Assembly (NCBI RefSeq): GCF_006345805.1
Contig: NC_043004.1
Location: 13,206,001-13,270,000 of the forward strand
DNA from: Octopus sinensis
Lineage: Eukaryota
Direction of reading: 5' to 3'
DNA length: 64,000 nt
Shown piece after piece: positions 34,351-47,660 of this stretch; within the stretch, counting starts at the first letter, position 1, and each line of letters opens with the position of its first letter. Made by a program: the position numbers and the translations under genes. The notes beneath the pieces are model-generated. The model was not told the origin of the DNA. It worked only from the letters and a program-made list of their open reading frames with translations, and ran no database searches.

Positions 34351-34765
34351 ATATAAGCAAATTTGTTGTTGAAAATGCACCTCATTGTGAAAAACTTGTA
34401 GTTGTTTTAAAATATATTTATTGACATATATACCAAACTAGTTTCAACAATAATGTTTGTTATCAATGGTAAACATTTAGAATTATGAATTAGAAAAACA
34501 TGTTTAAATGTTACAGTGTTGACAAGTTTAAATGTTCAACATTTAAACATGTTTTTTCTAATTCATAATTCTAAATTTATCTGTTATGAACATTTAAACT
34601 TGTCAACATTGAAACTTTAAGCATGTTTTGTAATTCATAATTCTAAATATTTACCATTGATAAACAAAAAATACGTTTATAACTCGCTTGGTATATATGT
34701 AAATAAATTTATTTTAAAACAATTACAAGTTTTTCAAATTTTGGTGCATTTTCAACAAAAATTTG

Positions 34766-34772
<7 letters not shown>
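34351..34772. mobile_element. AT-rich foldback with nested internal inversion
   Basis: Arms about 34351-34540 and 34587-34772, plus a third inverted piece at about 34537-34578. Flanked by (CATA)n and (TA)n. No HHR core seen. Confidence 0.8.
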
Positions 34773-34807
<35 letters not shown>

Positions 34808-34808
34808 T

Positions 34809-34849
<41 letters not shown>

Positions 34850-35029
34850 TATATATATATATATAGATAGATAGATAGATAGATAGAGATAGAAGATAGA
34901 TAGATAGATTGATAAAATCAAGTAAAGGTAATGAACCTCATTAAGGGATCATAAATCCAATGTAAATACTAGACAGTTACCAATCTATAGAAAGTTCAAC
35001 TATAAGGTAACCATATACACCGTGGTTCA

Positions 35030-35415
35030 TCTCTCTCTATATAAACGCAGTTTGTCTGTGCGTGTTTCTGTGTGTCTGTTTTCTCGTACCCTCACCCTGA
35101 CCACGGCTTTCAACCGATTCTGATGAAACTTGACACACACATAGCCCAATGTCATAATTCAAAACTAACGCAGCGAAAATTTTGAAAAGTTCCCCCAGTT
35201 CTGAAAAAAATCGATAAATTCGACATGGGGTCGAGAATAAAAAAAAACAAACCACAGACTGTCTAGGGGACGCAACTCAACCTTTTTTTACTCTCAAAAA
35301 AAAATTTACCATCATTTTTTTTCCATTTTTTTGCTATTTTTTGGCTATAACTCTCTGAAAATGCTTTATAGTTATTTCCCTTACAAACCTGAGCAACGCC
35401 GGGCGATACTGCTAG
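35030..35415 (+). mobile_element. Non-autonomous Helitron
   Basis: A|TC 5' start, subterminal hairpin cctgagcaacgccggg, CTAG|T 3' end, no TSD. Confidence 0.85.
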
Positions 35416-35435
35416 TATATTTATATATTTAACGA

Positions 35436-35664
35436 ATAAGGAGAAAATTGAGAAGTATTTAATAAAAATATTTATTAATTATAAAATATGACATCATATC
35501 TGGCAGCTGTTTCGATTCAGAAATCTTTAGATTTGTAAAATTATAATCATTATCGCGAAGAGATTGATCTTATAAAGATTTTAAATCGAAACAGCGGTCA
35601 GAGATGTTGTCATATTTTATAATTAATAAATGATTTATTATTTACCACTCCATTTTCTCCTTAT
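35436..35664 (+). mobile_element. Foldback element with degenerate HHR
   Basis: Arms 35436-35530 / 35572-35664. Plus strand gcgaaga-GATT...AATC-GAAAC-AGCG-GTC; the mirror arm reads GAAACAGCTGCC. Confidence 0.75.
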
Positions 35665-35684
35665 CTCTCTCTCTATACACACAA

Positions 35685-35723
<39 letters not shown>

Positions 35724-35786
35724 CACACACAACACACATATATATATGTGTGTATGTATATGTATGTATATATATATATATATATA

Positions 35787-35845
<59 letters not shown>

Positions 35846-36659
35846 TATATATGTGTGTGTATGTGTATATATATATATATATATGTGTCTGTGGTGTATA
35901 TATATATATTATATATATATATCTATTTCTATATTTCTATATATATATATGTATTATGTATGTATATAAATATATATATATACACATATATGTGCGTGTG
36001 TGTATGAATGTTCATGTATGTTCTACAAAGAGTGTTACTTTATTTACGCCCTTGTAAGATACCACTTTGTCAGACCTCGCTTCTGAAAAGCTGATATTCT
36101 GGTGCACAATAATGTAGACAGACACCAGATTCTATTAACTCTTAATAGGCTGCAGAACGTATATTGTCATAAGCGCAGCATATAAAGGATCACTGCTAAG
36201 CGGTCAACGGTGTTCGTTGACATCGTTGACTTGCTAGTATAACATCAATCACAGTTACCACCACACAAACCTATATGTTGCCAACATCCTAATGCATAAC
36301 ATTAGGCAACAGTGGTATTTGAATGACAACGATTCAGCTCGAGGCAGACGAGGATTGATGTCGTGGTTTGTACCGTTCTCTCTGAAGTAGCTAAATTACT
36401 ATTTGTTATCCAAATGTGCGGCTCCACTAGAGAAAAAAATAAGAAATACTTATGAAGATCTAAAACTAGAATTCTGATACAGAAATTGGTTCAAATTCTG
36501 GCACAAGACCAGCTATTTTTCTAAAGTACAAAATTAAAGATAATTTCCGTTGAAAAGTAGTTGCCATTTTGAATTTTAAACGAAAACGAACAGAAAATTT
36601 TTCTAGTATAGACTCAAAGCCTGAAATCTTTGGTGGGAGGTAGCTAATCAATAATTGTA

Positions 36660-37213
36660 TATGTACTGGATGGATTCTTATTTTATCGACCCGGAAAGAA
36701 TAAGTCGGTCTCTGCGGAATTTGAACCTAAGCGTAAAGCTGGAAGAAATGCCGCTAAGACTTTTGTGTGGTGCAGTAACGATTCTGCAAGTTCACTGTGT
36801 GATTGAACAGAAAATGATTATTTCTACCCTAGACACAAGAGCTTGAAAATTTTTAGCGGGAAGGAAGGTAGTCGATCACATTGACCCCAGTACGTAACTG
36901 GTATTTCGACCCCGAAATGATGATAGGGAAAGTCGTTTTCGGCGGAATTTGAACGCGGAACGTAGCGGCAGACGAAATACCTATTTCTTTACTACCCACA
37001 AGGGGCTACACACAGAGGGGACAAACAAGGACAGACAAACGGATTAAGTCGATTATATCGACCTCAGTGCGCAACCGGTACTTATTTAATCAACCCCGAA
37101 ATGATGAAAGGCAAAGTCGACCTCGGCGGAATTTGAACTCAGAACGTAACGGCAGATGAAATACCTCTAAGCATTTCGCCCGGCGTACTAACGATTCTGC
37201 TAGCTCACCGCTT
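36660..37213 (-). mobile_element. SINE family C multimer and adjacent older copies
   Basis: Head at about 37213, complete unit about 36980-37213, duplicated and diverged bodies toward 36660. Confidence 0.8.
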
Positions 37214-37349
37214 TAATTGAACAGAAAATAAAGTCTTATGATATAACACAAGATGTGAAAGTAGATAACAGCTTCTACTTTCAGTTATCTCACTATTCAC
37301 GGGCTGCTTCACAATATCCTGCAGGCAAAGTAGTCTGATTGTCTCACAA

Positions 37350-37625
37350 CAGTGCTTCTCAACCATTTTTGTTACCAGTGGAAGCCTTTGATTCCCATTT
37401 TACTCAGATGGACCCTTATACCCATTCAGTACTTTACAAAGTCCCATTGTATCTGCATAATTAAATAGCATTAGGAATTGTATAAAAAATATTATTTAAA
37501 TGTCTATTGTATTGTAGACGTATAACCAATTTATTGCACGTAATTTTCAACAGATAAGTCTTATTTGGACTCCAAAGGGCCATATGAAACTCAAGAGTCA
37601 TGCGGATGCCGAAAGAGAACCAGTT
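37350..37625. mobile_element. hAT-Charlie-like MITE (old)
   Basis: Left end cagtgcttctcaacc; degraded right end gagaaccagt. Confidence 0.5.
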
Positions 37626-37659
37626 CCCTACACGAAGCTAACGACAGTATGTGCGTATA

Positions 37660-37895
37660 CAGTAATCTCTCGACATATCGCAGTTCACCTATCGCGGTTC
37701 ACATATCCTGGTTTATTATTTAAGCTTACGTGGATTCCTTCGTGGTGTTGTTTTGCGTTTATAATGAAATAAATATATACAAATTATAAAGATAATAGAA
37801 AAAATATACAATACAGTACTGTTTCTACTTCGCGGATTTTTACCTATCACGGTGGATTTTGGAAAGTAACACCCGCGATAGTCGAGTGATTACTG
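37660..37895. mobile_element. Tigger/pogo-like MITE
   Basis: TA|cagtaatctctcgacatatcgc ... gcgatagtcgagtgattactg TIRs, with repeated subterminal cctatcgcgg motifs. Confidence 0.8.
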
Positions 37896-38467
37896 TGCTT
37901 AGAGATGAGCAACTAACCTGAATTGTGTAATTTTTTTCCGCTCATGCACCAAAAACACAAATTATTTTCCCATATGTTCTTATACAACTGCACTTAATTC
38001 ACTCCCACAACTCTAGAGAAATCTGCAATTGTTATAGGTGCCGTCCATTTTTCCAAGGCTATATAATAATATAACTAAATATTGCACTCATCTATTTAGT
38101 TCCTTTGCATGGAAATCAGATGAAATGTACTACTAGACATCCGAAGAATATAAATAACAACTTATTGAAGCTTAACGATGCGGAGCCACATGAATCTGGC
38201 CAATGACGGATTCTAAATATTTATTCTGTTTTATAGATTAATATCAGAATACTTATTTTCAATAGAGATCGTTGCTTTGAAATCCTGCAGCACCTACCGC
38301 TTCCAATTACATGATGCTATTTTTCATTTTCTCTCTCTTTCGTTTTCAATTCTTTCTCCAGAAAGCCTCCCATACTATGTTTCATTCAAATCTTGTTCCG
38401 AAGCTTGGCCAACCTCCATGTATACCCTATTTGTTTCTTATCTTTTAATTGTATAGATATATAGATG

Positions 38468-38603
<136 letters not shown>

Positions 38604-40009
38604 AACTACAAACATATATTATGTATACGTGCGTGTATGTGTAAATGCTTAACTATATGTTCGCCTCCCTATTTTTCTCTCTCTCCAAACACGGACACAC
38701 CTACGCATGTACACACACATGTACATGCACACACACACGCAAACATACTTACACACATGCGCAAGTAAACCGCCAAAGAAGTTCGGAAACAAAGAAATAT
38801 AAGCGCATATATACGCAGGCACATACACACCCATGCATACAAACAGACGAAAGTAATGTGCGTGTGTTTGTGCGTATGCGCTGTTTATGCGTATACATGG
38901 ATATCTAAATTCATATACATGTATGTGTATATCTATGTGTGAGTGTATTAATGAGTTCTCGTGCATGGCTATATATGCATTCACATAGATAGATCGATCG
39001 ATCGATAATAGATAGATAGGCAGATAAAAGTTAGATAGATAGATATATAGATAGCTAGATAGATGGATAGATATAAAGAAAGATCGCTATATAGATATAG
39101 AGATACATTTGTTTGCGTAGGGGTGTGTGACTGTATGTACAGACTCACACACATTTATACAATAATTTTTTTCTTTACTCCATTGTTAAATAACAATCCA
39201 GACATTTTCGGGTACAGGAGTGGCAGGAGGACTCACCTTGCGTTTAATATATTTTTCTTGTTATTCACTCCTGCATTACTTATTTATTTAATAATTGATT
39301 TATTTATTCATTTAGCCATTTCGTTAGCATTAATCACTCTCAAAGAATAAAGGCAAAAATCATAGTAAAATATGAAAAGTAATGACGAGAAAAAGAGAAG
39401 TACATTAACGCGAAAAAAAAAAGAGAGAGAGAGAGAGAGAGGAAAATGGTGGCAAACGTTCTAAAGAATTGGTTAGAATAAGAAGAGAATGCTCCAGAAT
39501 ACATTGGCAATGTTTAAGCCAGGAATATTGTGTTAACTTCTTCGTGTCTTGTATTATCACGGTCATCTGTTCTTAGTATTCAATTCCTTCATACAGGCAT
39601 ATATATGTGTGTGTGTATGTGTGTGTATGAGTATATATTGATGTATGTATATATACTTATTATATAATATATATATATATATATATATACATATATATAT
39701 GTATATAAACATGGGCGTTATATATATATAATTATAGGTGTACATATTATATCTGTGTGTGTATGTGTGTGTGTATATGTGTGTTTATAAAACTGCGAGG
39801 TGTTCGGCTGGCTAACATACTGAGAGAAACCAACTATCTTACAAGTATGGATAATGTGAAAGAGAAAGAGCCACGGAATATAAAAACCATTGGGAGAGAG
39901 AAGGAAACAGGGAAGGAAGGAAGGAAAGAAGGAACTATTGCAAAAATTATAGCAAAAAATAGCAACACATATACAAAAAGACATCAGTGATTTTTAACAA
40001 ATAAATAGA

Positions 40010-40479
40010 AACACCATCATTTCTTTCAACGTTAGCAATCACCATCGTCATTAGTAATATTATGATTGTCATTATCCTTATCATCAACCACAATATTATA
40101 ATATTCTTGTCGTCGTCTACCTCCTCCTAATCATCGTCACTTGTTCAGCATCATCGCCAAAATCATCATGAATGATATCGTCATTTTCGCCGTCAGCATC
40201 ATCAACGACGTGCTCACCATCATCACCACCGTTATTATCATCGTTACCATTATGCCAATCGACTTCATTCGCCATCATCGCCACCGAAATCTTCCTTGTC
40301 ATCATCGCCATCATCATCTCCATCAACATCATCGTCGTCACCACTGTCGTCGCCGATGTCATCATTGTTGTCTTTGACATCATCATCATCATCATCATCG
40401 TCACCCTCCTCCTCATCATCATCATCATCACCATCATCATCATCCCCATGATCATCACCATCACCACCATCACCATCAC

Positions 40480-40513
<34 letters not shown>

Positions 40514-40520
40514 GTCGTCG

Positions 40521-40558
<38 letters not shown>

Positions 40559-40770
40559 CTCCTCCTCCTCCTCATCATCATCATCATCATCATCATCCCC
40601 ATCATCATAACCGTCACCATCATCACCATCATCATCATCATCATCATCCACTCATCATCATCATCATCGACGCCGTCATCGACATCGTCATCGTCCTCCT
40701 CCTCCTCCCCCTCCTCCTTATCATCATCTTCATCATCATCATCATCATCATCACCATCATCAATATCTTC
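40010..40770. repeat. Degenerate (CAT)n/(CGT)n/(CCT)n trinucleotide tract
   Basis: Direct reading. Generates the poly-D, poly-M and poly-I/S ORFs. Confidence 0.95.
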
Positions 40771-40949
40771 GTGCGTAACAGCGGTAAAAATAGAATCGCA
40801 ATTCCATTCACAAGAAAATAACTGCGTTAGATGCGATTTTAAATGTGTTTATGTCCATTTATGGAACGCTTTAAAGAGCATATTGTTTTTTTTGTCACAC
40901 ACTTTTATGTTCACGAATACACACACACACATACACACACACACATACA

Positions 40950-41275
40950 CAACCTCTGACGCGCACACACACACACACACACACACAAAAACCTGTCTTA
41001 CACAGACACACACACACACACAACCTCTGACGCGCACACACACACACACACAAAAACCTGTCTTACACAGACACACACACACACACAACCTCTGACGCGC
41101 ACACACACACACACACACAAAAACCTGTCTTACACAGAGACACACACACACACAAAACCTCTGACGCACACACACACACACACACAAAAACCTGTCTTAC
41201 ACAGACACACACACACACACAAAACCTCTGACGCACACACACACACACACACAAAAACCTGTCTTACACAGACAC
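40950..41275. repeat. Compound minisatellite, 5 units of about 65-70 bp
   Basis: aacctctgacgc-(CA)n-aaaacctgtcttacacaga-(CA)n repeated five times. Confidence 0.95.
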
Positions 41276-41392
41276 ACGCACACGCACACAAGTAGTGATT
41301 GACGATCACCCACGCATACACACCCGTGAGAAATGCGCACACATATTTATCCTGCATACATATGTGTGCATGTACACACACACGCACACGCA

Positions 41393-41438
<46 letters not shown>

Positions 41439-41616
41439 CATACATCTACATACATAAACATATATAGGCTTTGAATATATGTATAAGTTAATATACATAT
41501 ATATATATGTATATACTAATATACATACACACAGGGAGACGCACACTCACATATGCACTCACACACATATGCACATGTTATACATATATATATAATATAA
41601 TATATATATATATATA

Positions 41617-41647
<31 letters not shown>

Positions 41648-42009
41648 TGATATACACACACATACATAGATACAAATGCATAGCAATATAAACCTATATA
41701 TATATACGCGTTTCACTATTATTTGATGTCTGTAAGTATTTATGTATTCGTGTATATATGTTTGTACGCACATATGTAAATTTGAAGAATTGGGGTAGGA
41801 GTGGGTCGTTCAACTTACGCTGTTTCACTTTTTTCTTTTTAAAATATATTCTTATTTCGACGTGACACCAAAATGCACCTTTTCATGAATATATAATATT
41901 GCGAATGAAATAAAATTAGGCTATCAAATGTATTCCTTTGAAAAATCTCAGTTAGAAAACCAATAGTTCACTTCTAAGCAATATTAAAACTAAATATATA
42001 TATAGACGC

Positions 42010-42040
<31 letters not shown>

Positions 42041-42401
42041 GACAGAGAGAGAGAGAGAGAGATGTATATTTATACATATATATATACACATATGTATGTA
42101 TGTATGTGTATATATATAATCTCTCTTCTCCTCTCTCTCTCTCTATATATATATATATGTATATATATACATATATACATATATATGTATCGTATCTATG
42201 TATGTATGTATATACGTATACATATATATATGCATATACAATATGCAAATATATATATATGTGTATGTTTACATGTATATATACACACACCCATATTTAT
42301 TACATATATACACACACGCACATACACAATAAAATATAAGCGTATATATATGTAAGGTATACACCCTTATCTATATATGTGCTAAATATATATACAAGTA
42401 T

Positions 42402-42432
<31 letters not shown>

Positions 42433-42484
42433 GTGATATTACATATATATATATACAATATATATACATATATATATGTGCAAT

Positions 42485-42516
<32 letters not shown>

Positions 42517-42884
42517 GTCATATGACATACATATATAATAGATGGACATATAGATATATATATATATATATATAATTTATATATATATATACGTATAACA
42601 TATGTATATGCATATCAATGTATGCATATGTATACATACATGAATTTTATGTATTTCACTATACATATATACGGATGCATGTATGTATGGATGTGTGAAA
42701 ATGTGTATGTATGGATATTGTGTATGTACGTGTGGGCATGTGTTGTACGTATGTTGGAATTCCGCATTAATGGATCGATTGAAATTATGTACGCGAGAAC
42801 GTTAGCGTTTCATGTTGGTATAAGTATGCGTAGGATTCAAACCATTAAAACGTATAAGATTTAGCTATGGCATATATTCATTGA

Positions 42885-43254
42885 TGTGAAGGCACAATGG
42901 CCTGAGGTTAGGCCAGCGGACTCGCGGTCATAGAATTGCGGTTTCGATTCCAAGACCGGACATTGTGAGTATCAATGGAGCGAAAACACTTAAAGCTTCC
43001 GGCAGAGTTGACGTCGAACCCTGCTGTACTCTTTCACCACAATTTTCTCTCACTCTTTCTTCTTGTTTCTGTTGTACCTGTATTTCAAAGAGTCAGCCTT
43101 GTCACACTCTGTGTCACGCTGAATCTCAGTGAGAACTACGTTAAGGGTACACATGTCTGTGGAGTGCTCAGCCTCTTGCACGGTTATTTCACGAGCAGAC
43201 TCTTCTGTTAATTGGATCAACTGGAACCCTCGTCGTCGTAACCAACGAAGTGCC
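42885..43254 (+). mobile_element. SINE family B (diverged)
   Basis: Head gaaggcacaatggcc...gcggactcgcggtc...ggtttcgattcc and full body. Confidence 0.85.
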
Positions 43255-43424
43255 GTAGTAATATTCATTGATGTATATTTCTTATAATAACACATTTACC
43301 ATATATGTATGTCTCTATATGTGTATGTGTATACATCCGTACACACACACACATATATATATATATACAAACACACACATATATATTTGTGTATATGCAC
43401 ATCTAACTATACATATATATAAAT

Positions 43425-44095
43425 AGGGGGAGAATTCACAAACAAAAGAAACAACAAAAGACGAAGACAGGTGGTGTAGACAACAAACAGATGTATTAGT
43501 TTAACGCTCGGGAAGTGAAAATGTCTGTAACGTTTCGAGCCTACGCTCTTCCACAGAAAGGAACACAGAAAGAAACTGGGAGAGAAAATAAAGAATGTGT
43601 AGTGGCTAGCAATCTATCATGGCGAATGCAGGACAGAGGGGTCATACAGGAGAGCTAAGAAGAAGGAGCGATGATAAAGTAATGGTGAACCCAAAATGAA
43701 TGTGCGCGTGCGTGTGCATATTTAGAGCATTATGTCCGTGTGGAAGAGGGCTGGGGACCTTGACGTGTTCGAGCGTGCATGTGTAGGTGTGTGGTGATGC
43801 GAAGTGGTCAGTGCTAGTGTGTGCGTGGTGGTGTGGTGTAATGTGGTGTGTTGGTGTGTGGTGTGGTGGTGTGTGGTGTGGTGTGGTGGTGTGTAGTGTG
43901 GTGGTGTGTGGTGTGGTGTGGTGGTGTTGGGATGTGGAGGAGGTGAGAGTGGGGAAAGCAAGGGTGGGGGTAGAGGTGGGGTATGTGGGAGTGGGTGTAA
44001 TGAATTGGGTGGAGTGGGATGGGATGGATAGGAAATGTGGGGTTGAATTGTGTAGGGGTGGTGTTACGAGGGAGTTTTGAGGATGAAGGGGAATT
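43425..44095 (-). mobile_element. PLE 3' UTR plus pLTR with HHR variant
   Basis: Minus strand CTTT-CTGTGGA-A-GAGC-GTAG-GCTC-GAAAC-GTT-ACAG at 43560-43525. Same layout (CAC-rich tract then pLTR) as 23750-24600. Confidence 0.8.
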
Positions 44096-45219
44096 TTGTG
44101 CGTGTATATATATATATATATATACACGCACAAACATGTATATATAGGATCTTTATATGTATGTATGTACCTCTGTCGCTCTGTCTCTGTATCTCTTCCT
44201 CTCATGGTTTAAGCTGAGTCTTAGAATTGAGGAAGAGAAACAAATATTGACGGGCGGTCTCAGACTCGAATGGATATTGCTCCATACAACTTTCCAGCAT
44301 TTAATGGTTTAATTCGCTTAATTGCAACTCACACGAGTGTTATACTGCGATACATTCATTCGTGCTCGATATATATTATATATATATACATATATAGTAA
44401 TATATATATATATATATACGTATATATATATATATATGTATATATATTATATATATATATGTGTACATGCATCCATGCATGTATGTATGTATCTATGTAC
44501 GTCCGTATGTATGTAGTTATGCATACGCAAAAACGACAAGAACATAACATCGTTCAATGACAGAAATACCATTAGAAAAGTTAATTTTATACATAAACAT
44601 ATATACATATGTCTATGTATACTGATGTTTCATTAGACGCGCACACAGACACACACATATATATACATATATAGATACAAATATATATATATATATTATA
44701 TATATGCATAATATATATATATTATACTATTATATAATATATATATACTATAATATATATATATACTATCTGCATAATATGCATATTATGTGTGTTGTGT
44801 GTATGTGTGTGTGTGTGTGTGGCTATATAGTTATGTATATATATATATGTGTGTGTATGGATATATATAAGTATATATATGTGTGTGCGTGTATGTGTAT
44901 GGGTATGTATATATGCATATATATATATATGTACATATGTGTGTGTGTGTGTGTATGTGTGTAAGTGCGTATATATATTTATGGTTAATAAACCTACGCG
45001 TATGTTAATGCGAATATGAACAATTATCTTCGTGTTTATGCATGTGTATATTTGGTTAAACTTTTACATTTCTTTTCAAAGCCATTTCAATTTTAATACA
45101 AGGTTTCTCTGAATTGTTTCCTATTGAAATTTCACATGAATATTTAAAGATTTTTTTTCCGCTGTATTCATTATGTACCATTCGAACAACAGAACTTTTA
45201 GAAGGCTAGCAATAATTTC

Positions 45220-47660
45220 GACAACAACAAGAATAAGAAAAACGTGAAAAAAAAACAAAACAAACAATAAAAACGACACATACTACAACGACAATAACAA
45301 CAAGTTGAACTTCACTAACTATAAGCATCAATAAGGACGTACATTACAAGGATTAATTCAACAACATTAAAAAAATAACTAACAGGACAATCACACCAAC
45401 AATAGTAAGCACAACAGTAAAAATAACAGTTGTTCGGTTAGGGAAAAAAACGTATATATAAATATAACGCGAAATGCATCATGGGTAGTGTGGCAACAAT
45501 ATGAGCAGGAACAATGTCGGAAGAACAACTGGAGGAACAATAGCAGATTAACGACAACTAGCGAAACAACAATAACAATAGCAAGGCAGAAGTAGAAACA
45601 ACGATAAGCTATAATAAAAGAAAAACTACAGAAATCATTTCAACCTGCGCAACGGCAAGCAGCGACATTTCAATAAAAATATCTACGTCGGTAACAGCAG
45701 CCATGTTGATAACCACACGAGAAACATGGCCGCGGCAACTACATCGCCTACACGAGGAAAATATCAACAATTACGTTGAAAACTGCTGCATTGAAGAAGC
45801 CGCCATGTTGCTAGTCGACTTTGTAGAGTTAGCACCCAAATTGCTCTGAAGTTGTTTCCGATTACTGTATAGGAGTATAAAGGATATATTGGACAATGAT
45901 TCTGGGATGTAAGTATATGACAGATGGTCATATACGGCTTCTTTCATTAAGGCCAGCTTCATCAGCCCTGGCCTGGCCTGGAGTTAAATAAAAATTGAAC
46001 GTCAGAAGTTGGTAAGTTACATTAAAAAATATAATAATAATTACCGCAAAAACAACCGCTCCAACTATGTAATTATATCTACAAGATAATTGCAAATTAT
46101 ATTACAGTTAAATCATTAGTGAGATTAATGATAAAAGAAAGAGTGGGAAAAATATGAATATCAAATAGAAAATATAAATGAAAGAAGAGCAACAAAGATG
46201 ACAACAGCAGTAACGAAAATAATGTTGATGACAACAATATTATGACAGTAATATTACACTTGTATGTTAGTAACTTTGCAACAGTTACACCAAAGGCAAA
46301 AGCAACAACAACAACAACAATAGCAATAATAACAAGATTAACTTCAATAGCAGGCGCAGCAGCAACATAACAACAATGGCAATAACAACAGCAGCAACAA
46401 GGAAATCATTAGCATGTTTAACAACAACTACAACAGCAGTTGTAACACAAAGAACTATGTAAGCAGCTGCACCAACAAAACATGACAACCATAATAATAA
46501 CTACAACGGCAACACCAATAGCTACAACAGTTAGAAGAACAATATCAGTAAGAACGACTTCAGAGATGCCAACAATATTTAGCGCAAGAAATATCGAAGA
46601 CTATTAGAAGCAGTAACGATACTAATGACAACGATAATAGTAAGAACAGCCAACAACCGCACCACACCACCATAATCATTAATGACGACGATAACAACAG
46701 TAACATGCAGACCACATCAGCAACTACAACAACAGCAACAACAATTGTAGTGGAGGCGCAATGGCCCAGTGGTTAGGGCAGCGGACTCGCGGTCGTTAGA
46801 ACGCGGTTTCGATTCCCAGACCGAGCATTGTGAGTATTTATTGAGCAAAAACACCTAAGCTCCACGTGTCTCCTGTGGTGGGTGGTGAACCCCGCTGTAC
46901 TCTTTCACCACAACTTTCTCTCACTATTTCTTCCTACTTCAGCCACAAAGCAGAGGAACCATGGTGTAACCCACTATGGTGTGGTAAACTTTCAGACCCT
47001 AGTCTAGATTGCGAATCCTATGTACCCCAGGATGGTTTGGCTTTCCACCTGTTAAAAGCCACCGTTTACGGAATAAGGATATCAACGTAGCTTTCGCGCC
47101 GTGCGACCGCCAGTCTATCGTATGTGTTGTGGGTGGATCTTCAAGTTGCCACACGCATTCTTAGTAGCTTAGAGTAGGCTCAAATTAGAGATTACTGTTT
47201 GTGGCTAATGGCGTGAGTCCTGATTGGAAGAAGAAGAAGAAGAAGAAGAAGAAGAAGAAGAAGATGAAGAAGAAGAAGAAGAAGAAGAAGAAGACAACAG
47301 CAACAACAACTGCAAAAACAGCAAGTGAAACTACAAGAGAATCACCAACATGAACAATGTTAATGCAAATAATTTCTCATCAATAAAGTCAACAGTCACA
47401 CGTTAACAGCAGCAACAACAATACTAACAACAACAACAATAACAAAAACAACAGCAAAAGCAAAATACAGCAACAATAGCAAAGAACAACAGGAATATTT
47501 GATAATTTGAGGTAAGAGAAATATAAAAAACATCAATAACAGATTTAGAGTGTACATCGAGACGAACAGGAAAATCAAACATTAACGACACTTGTAACAG
47601 CAACAGGAAGATCAACAGAACAACAACAACTACAGAAAGAATACCAATTAAAACAAAGAA
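45220..47660. repeat. Long degenerate (CAA)n-rich low-complexity region
   Basis: Cryptic aac/caa/cag triplets, interrupted by unique sequence and a SINE. Confidence 0.75.
46751..47293 (+). mobile_element. SINE family B variant: tRNA(Arg)-like head, alternative 3' module, (GAA)n tail
   Basis: Family B head to about 46935, then an unrelated module of about 290 bp, then (GAA)n at 47227-47293. Confidence 0.85.

Noticed and set aside
40117-41095. 307-aa ORF and poly-Asp/poly-Met ORFs as an acidic biomineralisation-type protein
   Set aside because: A (CAT)n tract is open in several frames on both strands. No signal peptide, splice context or unique domain.
40950-41275. CRISPR-like repeat/spacer array
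   Set aside because: The spacers are just (CA)n, there are no cas genes, and the context is eukaryotic.
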